From contig REGH01000002.1 of assembly GCA_003702495.1 (NCBI GenBank), positions 4,917 to 68,916 on the forward strand: a stretch of DNA of 64,000 nt. The letters run 5' to 3'. This DNA comes from Nitrosopumilus sp. Its GTDB lineage: Archaea > Thermoproteota > Nitrososphaeria > Nitrososphaerales > Nitrosopumilaceae. Made by a program: the position numbers and the translations under genes. A model generated the notes under the pieces. The model did not search any database, was not told where the DNA came from, and was given only the letters and a program-made list of their open reading frames with translations. The stretch's first letter is position 1. Each line of letters begins with the position of its first letter. Shown here piece after piece: positions 10,448 through 20,176 of this stretch.

Positions 10448-11542
10448 TTGGAAACAAGAATCGTTTTCCACATTGATTTTGACTACTTTTATGCCCAGTG
10501 TGAAGAGATAAGATCACCAGAATTAAAATCAAAACCAGTTTGCGTATGTGTGTTTTCAGATAGAGGTGGAGATAGTGGTGCAATTGCAACTGCAAACTAT
10601 ACTGCGAGAAAATATGGTGCAAAGTCTGGAATTCCAATAGTGTTTGCCAAAAAAAGATTAGAGGAAAGAAAAGATGCAGTATTTCTGCCTGTGGATTTTG
10701 ATTATTACTCGGAAATGTCAGAAAAAGCAATGAAAATCATGGAAGAGTTTTCAGATGTTTTTGAGTATGTGGGAAGAGATGAAGCATATTTGGATGTAAC
10801 AAATAGATCAGAGGGAGATTTTAAAAAAGCAAGTCATTTAGCACAGCAAATCAAAAATTCCATAAGAGAGAAAACAAAACTCAGTTGTTCAATAGGAATT
10901 TCTCCAAATAAATTAATTTCAAAAATTGCGTCAGACTTTAAAAAACCAGATGGTTTAACAATTATCTCTCCAGAAAAAATTAATGAGTTTCTAGAAGAAT
11001 TAAAAATTAGAGACATTCCAGGTATTGGAAGAAAGACTGAACAGAGATTTGTAGAAATGAATCTAGAAACAATTGGAGATGTAAAGAATCTTGATGTCTT
11101 TACTCTAAATAAAGAATTTGGAAGAAAGAGTGGAACGTACATCTACAATGCAGTTAGGGGAATTGACGATGATCCAGTAAAAAAGAGAGAACCCAGTATT
11201 CAACATGGGAAGATTGTAACACTAAAAGAAGATTCGAAAGATTTTAAGTTTCTTTTAGAAAATATTTTAGAATTATGCAAAGAAGTTCATGACATAATTC
11301 AAAAAAAGAACCAAATGTTCAAATCAGTTGGAATAAATTTTGTTCAATCAGATTTATCAAACAAATCAAAATCAAAAATGCTAAGAAATCCTACCATGAG
11401 TTTGGATGAATTAGAAAAAACTGCTGAACAGTTACTTAAAGAAGCATTAGAGAATCAAACAATTACTATAAGACGACTAGGAGTCAAAGTCTCAGAACTC
11501 TCAGAGAGTCAAGGACAAAAAGACATTACGAGTTATTTCTAG
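10448..11542 (+). CDS. dpo4: Y-family DNA polymerase IV (Dpo4/DinB)
   Basis: HIDFDYFYAQ, TANYTARKYG, DEAYLD, KLISKIAS, IPGIG, little-finger domain RRLGV. Confidence 0.95.
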   Translation: METRIVFHIDFDYFYAQCEEIRSPELKSKPVCVCVFSDRGGDSGAIATANYTARKYGAKSGIPIVFAKKRLEERKDAVFLPVDFDYYSEMSEKAMKIMEEFSDVFEYVGRDEAYLDVTNRSEGDFKKASHLAQQIKNSIREKTKLSCSIGISPNKLISKIASDFKKPDGLTIISPEKINEFLEELKIRDIPGIGRKTEQRFVEMNLETIGDVKNLDVFTLNKEFGRKSGTYIYNAVRGIDDDPVKKREPSIQHGKIVTLKEDSKDFKFLLENILELCKEVHDIIQKKNQMFKSVGINFVQSDLSNKSKSKMLRNPTMSLDELEKTAEQLLKEALENQTITIRRLGVKVSELSESQGQKDITSYF

Positions 11543-12467
11543 TTCCATGTTGTTCTTCTTGCTTTTTGAGACGTCTAGATTCTATCAGTATGACTACCAA
11601 GATGAATCCAAATAGCCATGGCAAGAACATAATCTCACCTGCAATTTTGTGATATTCCTCCCAAGCCACAGGATCAGTGGTCACTTTGAGAGCATACCAA
11701 GAGAGCGAGAAGATACGAATTAGGTTTACAGTGATTGTTCCAATAATTCCCAAAACAAAGTACATTGATTTTCGTCCTCTAGGGATATTCATCTTTAGCA
11801 TAAATGCCCCAATTACCAGAGAAAAAATGATAATGCTATGAACGCCGGCAGATGGCCAAAATACTTGAAGGGCCATAGAACCATGATCTCCACGTAAGAA
11901 CATAACATTGTCTCTTGCAACGGCAGTACCAAGATCAAGTACTGTAATTACCCAAACATTAGCTTGTACAAAGTACGGAACAATGTATTGTAAAGGACCA
12001 AGTGTATCATATGGGAAGAATGCATCGAGTGACAAAATAATTGCAGTACCAGTTAGGAAAATAGGTCCTGCAGGAGCAATTCTAATCCATCGTTTTCCAA
12101 AGAATATAGTTAATGCAACTACAACAAATATTGCCATAACAACAAAATCCCACATCCATGTCCAAGAATAGATTAATTGAACATTAAACTGCTCTGCAGA
12201 TGCAATAATGTAATCTCGTAAACCATTCTCTAAAGATACAAGATAAGCAATAGTCATTAATGCAATTGGAACAACTGCAAGTAATCGCTTTTTTGAGATT
12301 ACAATTTTGAGACCAATTAGTTCAGCCACAACAAAAACAAGTGCAAATAGGTATCCACCTCTTCCCTCATTCCAACTCCAAGCTACAGAGTCAGGGTAGG
12401 CGATCATTGAAAATAGAATAGGACTGGCAATTATCAAAATTCCAAAAATTAAATTCAAATTTTGCAT
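11526..12467 (-). CDS. Thaumarchaeosortase (exosortase/archaeosortase family)
   Basis: Multi-pass membrane protein with WNEGRG, VFWPSAGVHS (Ser at the usual catalytic Cys position), NLIRI and H near C-terminus; ATG at 12467. Confidence 0.8.
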   Translation of the reverse strand: MQNLNLIFGILIIASPILFSMIAYPDSVAWSWNEGRGGYLFALVFVVAELIGLKIVISKKRLLAVVPIALMTIAYLVSLENGLRDYIIASAEQFNVQLIYSWTWMWDFVVMAIFVVVALTIFFGKRWIRIAPAGPIFLTGTAIILSLDAFFPYDTLGPLQYIVPYFVQANVWVITVLDLGTAVARDNVMFLRGDHGSMALQVFWPSAGVHSIIIFSLVIGAFMLKMNIPRGRKSMYFVLGIIGTITVNLIRIFSLSWYALKVTTDPVAWEEYHKIAGEIMFLPWLFGFILVVILIESRRLKKQEEQHGTRNNS

Positions 12468-12554
12468 TACGTTAAATTTGAAAAAGGTAAATAAATAGTT
12501 CAACTTTGAAAATTTGCTAAATTCATTTATCCATAATTAAATGGGAAAGAGATG

Positions 12555-12632
12555 CTAATCTTCTGCATCTTCAATTTCATCAGCTTCTGGATCTCTTCTA
12601 CTCGGTCGGATTGGAACATAAATGAATGTCAC
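12555..12632 (-). CDS. Possible 25-aa acidic micro-protein MTFIYVPIRPSRRDPEADEIEDAED
   Basis: GTG-started ORF read by hand in the gap between the sortase and the MerT-like gene; GAA/GAT codon usage like neighbours. Confidence 0.3.
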   Translation of the reverse strand: MTFIYVPIRPSRRDPEADEIEDAED

Positions 12633-12711
12633 ACAGATATGATATCAGACTTCAAGATGTATCCAAAGGTTGAAAACGTTTGCCTAAATGGTAATTTCTA
12701 ATGAATCAAAG

Positions 12712-13191
12712 TTAAGGAATGAATTTGCATTCAGTTTTAAGGGATTTTACAGTTGTAAAATAGGTAATCGCCAAAACCCCAATAGCAATTATCCTAAGAG
12801 GGATTTCATAATTTGTCAAAAATGCAGTTGCAGTCGCACCAACAGAACCAAATGTCGAGATGACGGCAAATCCAATTGGTCCACAACTACATGCTCCTGC
12901 TGCTGCTCCAACTAACGAACCAATAAGACCACCACCCATTTTTTTCGTAGAACTTTTCAGTATGTTTATTCTATAAACATTCATTGGAAGAACTAGTGCA
13001 GATAATGCGGAAATTATTACAATAAGTGAAAATCCCAATTCAGAGCCACGAGGGAGATGGCTAACAACATAAGGTTCTAGGAAAATATATTCAGACATTA
13101 TCAACAATCCAATAAACATTGGAATGAATATTGAAAAAGAAAGTACAAGGTATTTTGGATTAGAAAAAACGAATTTGATTGTGTTTGTCAT
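12712..13191 (-). CDS. Four-TM membrane protein with GACSCGP motif (MerT/MerF-like, tentative)
   Basis: Hydrophobic helices with an intramembrane CxC; directly downstream of the DsbA gene. Confidence 0.7.
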   Translation of the reverse strand: MTNTIKFVFSNPKYLVLSFSIFIPMFIGLLIMSEYIFLEPYVVSHLPRGSELGFSLIVIISALSALVLPMNVYRINILKSSTKKMGGGLIGSLVGAAAGACSCGPIGFAVISTFGSVGATATAFLTNYEIPLRIIAIGVLAITYFTTVKSLKTECKFIP

Positions 13192-13860
13192 CTATACCAA
13201 TTGGTCCAGAACTTGTTTAAAGACTGAAAATGGTTGTGCGCCACCAATTTGTAATTGTCCATCAGAACCTACAATAAAGAATCCAGGAGTTCCTCTTACA
13301 CCATGATCTCTTGCTTGTTGAGTATTGTACTGAACACGTTTAGAATATTTTCCAGAGTCTAGACAACTTTCAAACAATTCCATATCCAACCCCATTGAAA
13401 ATGCAAAGGCTTTTAGTCGTTCACCATTAGCCCATCCACCATCAATTTTGTCTTCTTGTGCATTGTATAGCATATCATGATATTCCCAATACTTTCCTTG
13501 ATCTTCAGCACAGTAAGTTGCCTGAGCTGCTGGACTAGAATCTCTACCTAAAAATGCCATATCAACAAAAACCAAATTTACTTTTCCAGTGTCAATATAA
13601 TCACGAGTGATGGATGGTTTAGTGTCATGGAACCAATTGTAACATTGATGGCATTGATAGTCACCAAATTCAACAATAGTTACAGGAGCATTAGGATCAC
13701 CCAAAATTGGAGAGCCCATTGCAGTGGAGATTGTTCCATGAGTCCTACTCATGTCAAGATTTACAGTTTCAGAAGGAGTGGAAGAAAAAGATACGGCTAC
13801 ACCTGCAATAATCGCAATGACAACGACGCCTATAATCACGCCTTTTTTGTTCATGTTCAA
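13192..13860 (-). CDS. DsbA-family thioredoxin-fold oxidoreductase, membrane-anchored
   Basis: LGDPNAPVTIVEFGDYQCHQC, GVRGTPGFF, GAQPF; N-terminal TM. Confidence 0.92.
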   Translation of the reverse strand: MNMNKKGVIIGVVVIAIIAGVAVSFSSTPSETVNLDMSRTHGTISTAMGSPILGDPNAPVTIVEFGDYQCHQCYNWFHDTKPSITRDYIDTGKVNLVFVDMAFLGRDSSPAAQATYCAEDQGKYWEYHDMLYNAQEDKIDGGWANGERLKAFAFSMGLDMELFESCLDSGKYSKRVQYNTQQARDHGVRGTPGFFIVGSDGQLQIGGAQPFSVFKQVLDQLV

Positions 13861-13885
13861 AAGAAACGAAATGAGTTAAAAAAAC

Positions 13886-14080
13886 TTATTCCAAGTTTTC
13901 AGATGATCTTCGTTTAAACAAACTGGTAAATTTCGCAATTACAGTATCAATTGGACAAACTTCACACCGAACACCAGTGTGGTTATCAAGATGCTTTTCA
14001 AATCGATCTCGAGATTCAAAAATCAGATCACATTTTTCGCAATAAACCTTTGAGATATTATTTCTTGAGGGTTTATCCAT
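13886..14080 (-). CDS. Small C2H2 zinc-finger protein
   Basis: YCEKCDLIF...FEKHLDNH plus CEVCP. Confidence 0.75.
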   Translation of the reverse strand: MDKPSRNNISKVYCEKCDLIFESRDRFEKHLDNHTGVRCEVCPIDTVIAKFTSLFKRRSSENLE

Positions 14081-14130
14081 ATCAGATAACAGGAATTAGT
14101 GCTTATAAAGATCCTGTTGAAATTCAACAT

Positions 14131-14433
14131 ATGAGAAAAATTCTGGATAAGTTTGTGACGGGATTTTTTGTAGTAGTTTTAGGAATTGCATGGTATTGCA
14201 GTACAAAATTCTACATCAAACCAGACAAAAATTCAATAGTTGTCTACGATGTTTTTGGCAAGGAAGTAAAACTAGATGGGGTCAGAGTTGATTTTAGAAC
14301 ACATGGTGTTGCACAGAGTTACATTTCAGAATACAAAAAAAGATACCCTCACTACAATTTCGCTATGGCAATAGAAATTCCAGAAATTAAAAACAATACA
14401 ATACCCAGAATCTTTAAAAAAATTCACAGATAA
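14131..14433 (+). CDS. Hypothetical protein (100 aa)
   Basis: ATG at 14131 (MRKILDKFV...) avoids the antisense overlap of the longer ORF-track start; one hydrophobic segment. Confidence 0.6.
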   Translation: MRKILDKFVTGFFVVVLGIAWYCSTKFYIKPDKNSIVVYDVFGKEVKLDGVRVDFRTHGVAQSYISEYKKRYPHYNFAMAIEIPEIKNNTIPRIFKKIHR

Positions 14434-14792
14434 TGAATTCTCATATGAGTTTCTAGTTCAACTTGATATTGGGTTACAAATCCACAATGAGAGCACGAAA
14501 ACATTTCTTGGGGTTGGAGTGGTTCCCTTTCTATAACTTTCCCAGATACAGAAGTAATACTGATCATGTTGTTATTTCCAATAACAGCAAAATTTCTGCC
14601 TTCATCAATAGAATCTAAAAATTCCTTAATTGCAGTAATAACAGTATTAGTATCAATTATGTCATCATCATCTAAAGTAGATAAAGTGAATTGGTTATTT
14701 TTCAGAGTGGGGATTGCTGCTACTTGGTCTGAAACATAAATTACTAGTTCATGTTGGATAGCCAAAACATCTCTGCAATCAACTGTAAGCAT
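14424..14792 (-). CDS. Hypothetical protein with C-terminal C2H2 zinc finger
   Basis: FSCSHCGF...LETHMRIH. Confidence 0.75.
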   Translation of the reverse strand: MLTVDCRDVLAIQHELVIYVSDQVAAIPTLKNNQFTLSTLDDDDIIDTNTVITAIKEFLDSIDEGRNFAVIGNNNMISITSVSGKVIEREPLQPQEMFSCSHCGFVTQYQVELETHMRIHYL

Positions 14793-14872
14793 AAATGATT
14801 TGCATTAAATCGATATTTTAGTTTAACAATTTTGAAAATGATTATTATTGTTCAATATCGTGGTTTTTGTAG

Positions 14873-15259
14873 ATGAGAGATTCTGAGACTTTTGGAATAG
14901 AGAAAGGACGAGGTGAAGAAGTAATTGCATGGTTAAATGAGCATGCAAAAACTCAAAAAATTAAACTTGAAGCAAGACTATACGGCTATACCATATCAAC
15001 AAAAAATTTTGGAGATTTTGAAATGTTCTCATGGATTGGAGATGTTCAAGTTGCAAGAAAACTGATAATCAAAGCAAGTAAGAGATTCAAAGTCAAAGTT
15101 ATCGAAGGAGGGTACAAACCAAAAGACAAAGTTATCAGTATGAAGAAATTTGATTTTGCCAAAGTCAAAAAAGGAGATAAAACAGTTGGACAATTGAAAT
15201 TCTCTGCTCCAAGATTTGGTAATAGTCAATGGGAAGTTGAAGATGAGGAGCGCCATTAA
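14873..15259 (+). CDS. Conserved hypothetical protein
   Basis: 128-aa ORF, first of a + strand run, 3-nt gap to next gene. Confidence 0.75.
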   Translation: MRDSETFGIEKGRGEEVIAWLNEHAKTQKIKLEARLYGYTISTKNFGDFEMFSWIGDVQVARKLIIKASKRFKVKVIEGGYKPKDKVISMKKFDFAKVKKGDKTVGQLKFSAPRFGNSQWEVEDEERH

Positions 15260-15262
15260 AAT

Positions 15263-16141
15263 ATGAAAAAAATAGGAATTATTGGTTTGGGTATGCTAGG
15301 AAATGCAGTAGCTTTGCATTTGTTAGATATAGGATTCAAGGTTACAGTATTCAATAGAAGTAAAGACAAAACAAATCAAGTAAGAGAAAGAGGGGCGATT
15401 GTTTTAGATTCTCCAAAAGAAGTAGCAGAGAAATCAGAATTGTTGATTATTGTAGTAAAAGATGCAGATGCAGTCAAAGAAGTAGCATTTGAAGAAAACG
15501 GAATAGTCAAAGCAAAAAATGATGAATTGATTGTTGCGGATATGAGCACCATAGATCCTTCAGAATCCAAAAGCATTTCTGAAAAATTCCTAGAGTTTGG
15601 CATACAAAAATTAGACATTCCAGTTATGGGAGGGCCCAATGTTGCAATTACGGGAGATTTGGTTATGATGGCATCAGGAGACAAGACAAGTTTTGAAAAA
15701 TGTAAGGATGTTTTTGAGAAAATTGCAAATAAAGTATTTTTCTTAGGGGAGAAAGGTGTAGCGCATTCTATCAAACTAGCCATGAATCTACAAATTACAA
15801 TGCTAGCATTGGCACTATCTGAAGGAATTACACTTGTCAAAAAGGCAGATGTTGATCCAAAAATTTTTCTTGAGATTCTAAATTCTACTTATTTCAAAAC
15901 AGGGATGAGTGAAAAAAAAGCATTCAAGATGATAGATGGTAAATATGACCCAACATTTACACTTGAAAATCTCAAAAAAGACATCACCACAATGACTAAT
16001 GCTGCAAAGTCTTTAGGAGTTGAATTACCTATGATACAAAAAGCAGAAGAAGTGTATGAAAATGCAGTCAAAGAAGGATTAGGAGGAATTGACTATACAG
16101 GAATTATCGAATATATTAAAAGAATTAACGAATCCAAGTAA
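15263..16141 (+). CDS. NAD(P)-dependent beta-hydroxyacid dehydrogenase (3-hydroxyisobutyrate/6-PGDH-like)
   Basis: IGIIGLGMLG, FNRS, DMSTI, DIPVMGG, KLAMN. Confidence 0.9.
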   Translation: MKKIGIIGLGMLGNAVALHLLDIGFKVTVFNRSKDKTNQVRERGAIVLDSPKEVAEKSELLIIVVKDADAVKEVAFEENGIVKAKNDELIVADMSTIDPSESKSISEKFLEFGIQKLDIPVMGGPNVAITGDLVMMASGDKTSFEKCKDVFEKIANKVFFLGEKGVAHSIKLAMNLQITMLALALSEGITLVKKADVDPKIFLEILNSTYFKTGMSEKKAFKMIDGKYDPTFTLENLKKDITTMTNAAKSLGVELPMIQKAEEVYENAVKEGLGGIDYTGIIEYIKRINESK

Positions 16142-16195
16142 TCAAGAGCGAAATTCAACAAAAATTCTATAAGCAATTATGAGTATAATATAGAC

Positions 16196-16957
16196 GTGAA
16201 ATTAGATGACAAAGTAACAATCGTTACAGGGGCATCAAGTGACATTGGAAAAGGCATTGCCATGAAATTCGTTAAAGAAGGGGCAAAAGTAGTTCTCATT
16301 GCAAGAAATCTAGATGGATTAGAAAATGCAAGAAAAGAGATAGGAAAGGATGATTCAACTGCAGCCATGACTTGTGATTTAACAGACGAATCACAAACAC
16401 TACAAGTTGTGAATCAAATTATGGATACATATGGAAAGATAGACATTCTTGTGAACAACGCAGGTGTAATTAATGATCCAATCCATTTTCATGAAATGTC
16501 AAATTCAGAAATTCAGAAACTCGTTGATGTAAATCTCTTAGGAGTTTTCAATATGACAAAAGCTGTTTTGACAAAGATGGTAGATGTAAATAGTGGTTCA
16601 ATTGTAAACATCGGTTCTACCTCAAGTGAGAGAGCAATTCCTAGAGTTCACTTGGCTGTTTATTCTGCAACAAAAGCAGCAATTCCAATGTTTACAAAAT
16701 CAATTGCAGTAGAATATGCAAGAAAAAACATAAGATGTAATTGTGTCAATCCAGGAATTATTAATTCAGGCTCGATAAAGCCATACCTTGATGACCCACA
16801 AGCAAGAAAAGTACTAGAGGAAAGATTACCACTTGCAAGAGTTGGGGAACCAGAAGATGTTGCAAATGCAGTAGCATACTTGGCTTCAGATGAAGCAAGT
16901 TGGGTTACTGGAACAATTCTAAATGTCGATGGTGGAAAGACAGCTTCAGAAGGATAA
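16196..16957 (+). CDS. Short-chain dehydrogenase/reductase (SDR)
   Basis: [27 protein letters not shown]. Confidence 0.92.
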   Translation: MKLDDKVTIVTGASSDIGKGIAMKFVKEGAKVVLIARNLDGLENARKEIGKDDSTAAMTCDLTDESQTLQVVNQIMDTYGKIDILVNNAGVINDPIHFHEMSNSEIQKLVDVNLLGVFNMTKAVLTKMVDVNSGSIVNIGSTSSERAIPRVHLAVYSATKAAIPMFTKSIAVEYARKNIRCNCVNPGIINSGSIKPYLDDPQARKVLEERLPLARVGEPEDVANAVAYLASDEASWVTGTILNVDGGKTASEG

Positions 16958-17527
16958 TCCTTTTTCAAATAATGTTTTTGCCAATAACTGGGATACTCTA
17001 ATCGGTTCAGGGATAGAACCATGCAATGTTAGATCATCAAGAAGGTGTTTTACTTCATTTAGTGTACAACCTTCTTTTCTAACATAGACATCATAAGTTG
17101 TGTTTAGAGTGATTTTTTCACGTGGACCTAATTTTTCATATTCATTAAGTTTTGACTCAAATGAATCTGGGAAGTGGTCTCTTAAGGAATCTTCAATTCC
17201 TGTTGAATCATGATAAGAAACTCCAATAATCGGAATTTTCAATATATCGAATAATTTTTGGATATCAATGATATTATACATTGAAACAATTAGTCCAGAA
17301 ATCAAAATATAGTTAATGTCAGGTCTCTGCAAATCATCGTACATTTTTAATATTGTATCAGTTGCATCATTGCCTTCTAAAGTAGCACTGCCAAAAACAA
17401 ATCCATCAATGATAAAATCTCTTCTCATCACAACTCCAGCAAGAACAGATTTTGTAGAATTTTGTCTAAAGCTTTCAGCAATTGCTAATCCACGTAAGCC
17501 CTTTTTTTCAAGATGAAGAGATCTCAT
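16946..17527 (-). CDS. DUF99 family protein (endonuclease V-like / endonuclease dU)
   Basis: LAIAES, GVVMR, IDGF, GNDAT, YNIID, PEPIRV motifs. Confidence 0.8.
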   Translation of the reverse strand: MRSLHLEKKGLRGLAIAESFRQNSTKSVLAGVVMRRDFIIDGFVFGSATLEGNDATDTILKMYDDLQRPDINYILISGLIVSMYNIIDIQKLFDILKIPIIGVSYHDSTGIEDSLRDHFPDSFESKLNEYEKLGPREKITLNTTYDVYVRKEGCTLNEVKHLLDDLTLHGSIPEPIRVSQLLAKTLFEKGLSF

Positions 17528-17633
17528 GATTATTTTTCCTCATATATGCACGATAACTTAATCCAGTGACAAGCATAATGATTCCAGTAATTGCAGACCA
17601 CATTACAAAAGATGAGATTTCAGATTCATCCAT
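17508..17633 (-). CDS. Putative 41-aa single-TM micro-protein
   Basis: ATG-started MDESEISSFVMWSAITGIIMLVTGLSYRAYMRKNNHEISSS, read by hand; overlaps DUF99 start by 20 nt. Confidence 0.5.
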   Translation of the reverse strand: MDESEISSFVMWSAITGIIMLVTGLSYRAYMRKNNHEISSS

Positions 17634-17726
17634 GAGAAGTAAGGGATTTTTAAGCATCTAAAGTTTCGGATCAGATGATGTTATTAGTTCTGAAACATCT
17701 AAATAGATTTGATATTGTGTAAAATT

Positions 17727-17933
17727 ATGCCTGAATTTACGTGTCCAGAATGTGGAAAACGATTGTTTCACGAGAATGAAACTACACTCAAAGTAGAAGA
17801 AACAATTCATTCAAAATTCTGCAGAAAAGAAGGTGGTACTCATAGTTACATGCACAGAGATCCAGCACACATGAACTCTTTTGATCCTGAAAGAGAAAAC
17901 GATTCAAACGGTGTGCCTGTATTGAAGAAATAA
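17727..17933 (+). CDS. Small zinc-binding protein (CxxC...HxxxC)
   Basis: MPEFTCPECGKR...IHSKFC, His-rich tail; ATG at 17727. Confidence 0.65.
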   Translation: MPEFTCPECGKRLFHENETTLKVEETIHSKFCRKEGGTHSYMHRDPAHMNSFDPERENDSNGVPVLKK

Positions 17934-17980
17934 TTTTTAGACCTCAAAATTATATCCTAGAGATTATTGATTCTAACCAA

Positions 17981-19189
17981 TTGTCAAATACTTATGATGT
18001 AGTAGTTGTTGGAGGGGGTCCAGCAGGATCATCTGCGGCATATACTGCTTCAATGAATGGATTGAAAGTAGTGTTAATTGAAAAAGAAAAATCAATTGCA
18101 GAATCAGTTAGAACTAGCGGAGTAACATGGATTCAAAATATAGAGGAGTTTGGAATTCCAAAGGATTGTTACAATCCAGTAAAAAATTTTGAGTTTTATT
18201 CACCAAACAACAAAGTAAGTATTGGAGATACTGTTGCTCGTTCAGCTGTACTAGATGTAAGAAAGACGTATCGATGGTTAGGATCCCAAGCAGAAGCACA
18301 GGGTACCAAAATTATTGTTAACACTACCGTAAAAGATGTGATTAAAGATGAATCAGGAAAAATAATTGGGGTTAAAGCAATTCAAAATGAAAAAGAGATT
18401 GAATTTTTTGGAAAAGTAGTCATTGATGCGAGTGGATTTCAATCAACGGTTGCAAGATCAATGGGTTTTGTAAAACAATGGGAAAGATTTGGAGCAGGTG
18501 CAGAATATGAGGCAAAAGTAGAACATGTTAAAGCAGATACATGGTGGTTAATGGTTGGAGAAAAATATTCGCCTGCAGGATATGCATGGATTTTTCCATT
18601 AGGAAATAATATTGCAAGAATTGGAGTGGGTATTGGAAAGCCAGATTCTCCAGTAGACCCTACTGCCAGATTAAATGAACTCATTGAAAACAAAGAAGGT
18701 CCGATTGCAGATTTAGGAAAAATTGAACCAATAGAATTTCACTATGGATTAATTCCAAATGATGGACTTTCAAGAAAAACAGTTTATGATAATTTAATTT
18801 TAGTTGGGGATTCAGCCGGACAAGCTAACCCTTTGGTATTGGAAGGAATTCGTTATGCAATAAAATTTGGAAGAATTGCAGGAGAAGTTGCATCTAAGGC
18901 AATCAAATCGGATGACACATCAGAAAAGAAACTATCAGAGTATGAAGATAATTGGAAAAAAGCAATCGAATCCAAAATAAAATCTGCAGGAAAAGTGCAA
19001 GATAGATGGATTGGGTTAACGGATGACGATTGGGATAAAGAGTTAGACATTATCAGTGAATTAAAGCCTGAAGAATTTTTAGACTTTATCAAAGCAGATT
19101 TTGGATTATCCAATATGCTAAAACTTGCAACTAGCCATCCAAAACTAGCAGTAAGGCAGTTATTCAATTTGGTTAAGGGTAGAAATTAG
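17981..19189 (+). CDS. Geranylgeranyl reductase family flavoprotein (DGGR-like)
   Basis: VVGGGPAGS, VIDASG, GYAWIFP, LVGDSAGQANPLVLEGI. Confidence 0.9.
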   Translation: MSNTYDVVVVGGGPAGSSAAYTASMNGLKVVLIEKEKSIAESVRTSGVTWIQNIEEFGIPKDCYNPVKNFEFYSPNNKVSIGDTVARSAVLDVRKTYRWLGSQAEAQGTKIIVNTTVKDVIKDESGKIIGVKAIQNEKEIEFFGKVVIDASGFQSTVARSMGFVKQWERFGAGAEYEAKVEHVKADTWWLMVGEKYSPAGYAWIFPLGNNIARIGVGIGKPDSPVDPTARLNELIENKEGPIADLGKIEPIEFHYGLIPNDGLSRKTVYDNLILVGDSAGQANPLVLEGIRYAIKFGRIAGEVASKAIKSDDTSEKKLSEYEDNWKKAIESKIKSAGKVQDRWIGLTDDDWDKELDIISELKPEEFLDFIKADFGLSNMLKLATSHPKLAVRQLFNLVKGRN

Positions 19190-19191
19190 AA

Positions 19192-19407
19192 TCAAGCCAT
19201 GGCAACTACTCTAGAGTAGTTGCCAGACTTGAAAAAGGGCACGGTATTGGTTTGGTTTGTCTCCACAGACGTACAAATTGAATGAAATTGCTCAATAGTG
19301 CAAAGGGCACAATCTACACAAACCATGCTGTTAGGTTTCATACAATGAGCACACTTTGTATACTCTGTTAGTTTTCCACCACAACTTCTACATGATTCAT
19401 CAGGCAT
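19192..19407 (-). CDS. Small Cys-rich zinc-ribbon protein
   Basis: CRSCGG, CAHC, CVDC, HSIC in 71 aa. Confidence 0.65.
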   Translation of the reverse strand: MPDESCRSCGGKLTEYTKCAHCMKPNSMVCVDCALCTIEQFHSICTSVETNQTNTVPFFKSGNYSRVVAMA

Positions 19408-19517
19408 TTCTATTCAAAATGTATTTACAAAATTTGAATATAAGGCGCACGTAGGAATTATTCATACAAATCATCAGTAAGACGAAGGTTATAATGTAAA
19501 TCAGAAAAATAAAATTC

Positions 19518-20141
19518 ATGGATGGAGTCAGAAAAACATTTGATGAGTGGGCTCAAAATGGCAGAGCAGAATTAATGGAAGTAGAACATGGAAAAAATGT
19601 TTCAAAATTTTTAGATACCATATCATTTGATGAATCTTTTAGTTTCTTAGATGTTGGATGTGGTAATGGTTGGGTTGTAAGAAAGATTGCAAGTGATAGT
19701 AAATGCAAAAAAGCAATCGGGATAGACAAAAGTAAAAAGATGATCATTCAGGCGAAAAAGAAGATAGTCAGTAAAAATGAAGAGTTTGTTCATACAGATA
19801 TTGAATCATGGAAGTATAAAGGAAAGTTTGATTTTATTTTCTCAATGGAAGCATTGTACTATTCAGACTCTATTGAAGAGGCTCTCAAAAAAATATTCAA
19901 ATTACTAAAACCAGGAGGACAGTTTTTCTGCGGTACAGATTTTTACACAGATAACAAAGCAACTGCAAAATGGAAAAATATTATGAAAATCCAAATGCAT
20001 CTTCATTCAAAAAAAGAATGGAAAGAGTTTTTCAAGGATGCAGGATTTAAGGTAAAAACAAAACACATCAAAGATTTGAAGAGCAGAAAAAAATGGAAGA
20101 GGGAATTTGGAACTCTATTTATCATAGGCACAAAAATTTAG
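19518..20141 (+). CDS. Class I SAM-dependent methyltransferase
   Basis: FLDVGCGNG motif I, GIDKS, FDFIFS, LKPGG. Confidence 0.9.
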   Translation: MDGVRKTFDEWAQNGRAELMEVEHGKNVSKFLDTISFDESFSFLDVGCGNGWVVRKIASDSKCKKAIGIDKSKKMIIQAKKKIVSKNEEFVHTDIESWKYKGKFDFIFSMEALYYSDSIEEALKKIFKLLKPGGQFFCGTDFYTDNKATAKWKNIMKIQMHLHSKKEWKEFFKDAGFKVKTKHIKDLKSRKKWKREFGTLFIIGTKI

Positions 20142-20176
20142 GCAATATTCAAATTCGATAAATCTAAAGCATAGTT

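Noticed and set aside
13951-14130. 5' extension of the 160-aa ORF
   Set aside because: Overlaps the antisense C2H2 gene; the ATG at 14131 is more plausible
17663-17696. ATGATGT...CTGA hairpin as a C/D sRNA
   Set aside because: Only 8 nt between the boxes, no D'/C' pair and no room for guides
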